Source: Prevotella sp.
GTDB lineage: Bacteria > Bacteroidota > Bacteroidia > Bacteroidales > Dysgonomonadaceae
Assembly: GCA_031285625.1 (NCBI GenBank)
Contig: JAITVV010000052.1
Coordinates: 1-49,592, forward strand
Direction: 5' to 3'
DNA length: 49,592 nt
Part shown: positions 49,393 through 49,592 of the stretch, one piece after another
Position numbering within the stretch: the first letter of the stretch is position 1
Layout: the number at the start of each line of letters is the position of its first letter
The notes under the pieces: model-generated
What the model was told of the DNA's origin: nothing
The model's database searches: none
What the model saw: the letters and a program-made list of their open reading frames with translations, nothing else
Made by a program: the position numbers and the translations under genes

Positions 49393-49592
49393 ATGAAGAA
49401 AATGATTTATGAATTTGAAGCGTCGATTCCATTGAATGACCTTATAGAAGCTCAAGAAATTGTACTTAGCGAGCAAAAGAAGGTGTTGCCTCCTCACATA
49501 GTCATGTATCAGGAAAACACAGTAAAGTATCTGAAATTACTCCGTAGCATAATGGATAATAATGTAGTTATAGATCAGTCAATTATGAATTA
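49393..49592 (+). CDS. Partial hypothetical protein running off the window
   Basis: ATG at 49393, open to the end: MKKMIYEFEASIPLNDLIEAQEIVLSEQKK... Confidence 0.6.
   Translation, partial: MKKMIYEFEASIPLNDLIEAQEIVLSEQKKVLPPHIVMYQENTVKYLKLLRSIMDNNVVIDQSIMN

Larger units (their letters stand above)
43252..49592. mobile_element. Left end of a tRNA-integrated prophage-like element (immunity and replication module)
   Basis: att fragment, divergent repressor/Cro pair, run of small regulators, primase-helicase, visibly higher GC (about 50% in a sampled primase line). Confidence 0.85.

Noticed and set aside
1-49592. CRISPR array, rRNA or intact tRNA
   Set aside because: No regularly spaced repeat-spacer units and no full cloverleaf seen; only a 20-bp tRNA 3' fragment at 43252-43271

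Overview
AT-rich Bacteroidetes chromosome segment (Bacteroidales; Dysgonomonas-like is my inference from gene content, TAnnTTTG promoters and AT-rich starts without Shine-Dalgarno sites). Positions 1-41.5 kb are mostly core genes: plsC, a FabK/nitronate monooxygenase-like enzyme, nusB-yajC-YbbR-coaE-carbonic anhydrase-zinc ABC, endonuclease V-rarA, two tandem HTH paralogs, dnaK, prmA, peptidases (C1B, S9, M16), MFS/PfkB, ald-cydAB, a 55-aa ferredoxin missed by the ORF track, porT, aroC, dgkA, a porin and MscS. Positions 41.5-43.25 kb are an AT-rich islet of small or decayed genes with a duplicated ~70-bp terminator-containing unit. At 43252-43271 there is an isolated 3' fragment of an initiator-type tRNA-Met, read as the att boundary of a higher-GC prophage-like element that runs off the right edge. 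The element carries a peptidase-less repressor, face-to-face promoters, Cro-like and LuxR-HTH regulators, a receiver-less RprY-like winged-helix protein and a 1017-aa primase-helicase. Main leads: the element-borne RprY-like DNA-binding domain, a 60-70 bp dispersed repeat present three times in intergenic DNA, a candidate sRNA after prmA, a sigma54-type dnaK promoter, and cassette-like accretion next to the att site. All calls come from reading the sequence; no searches were run.
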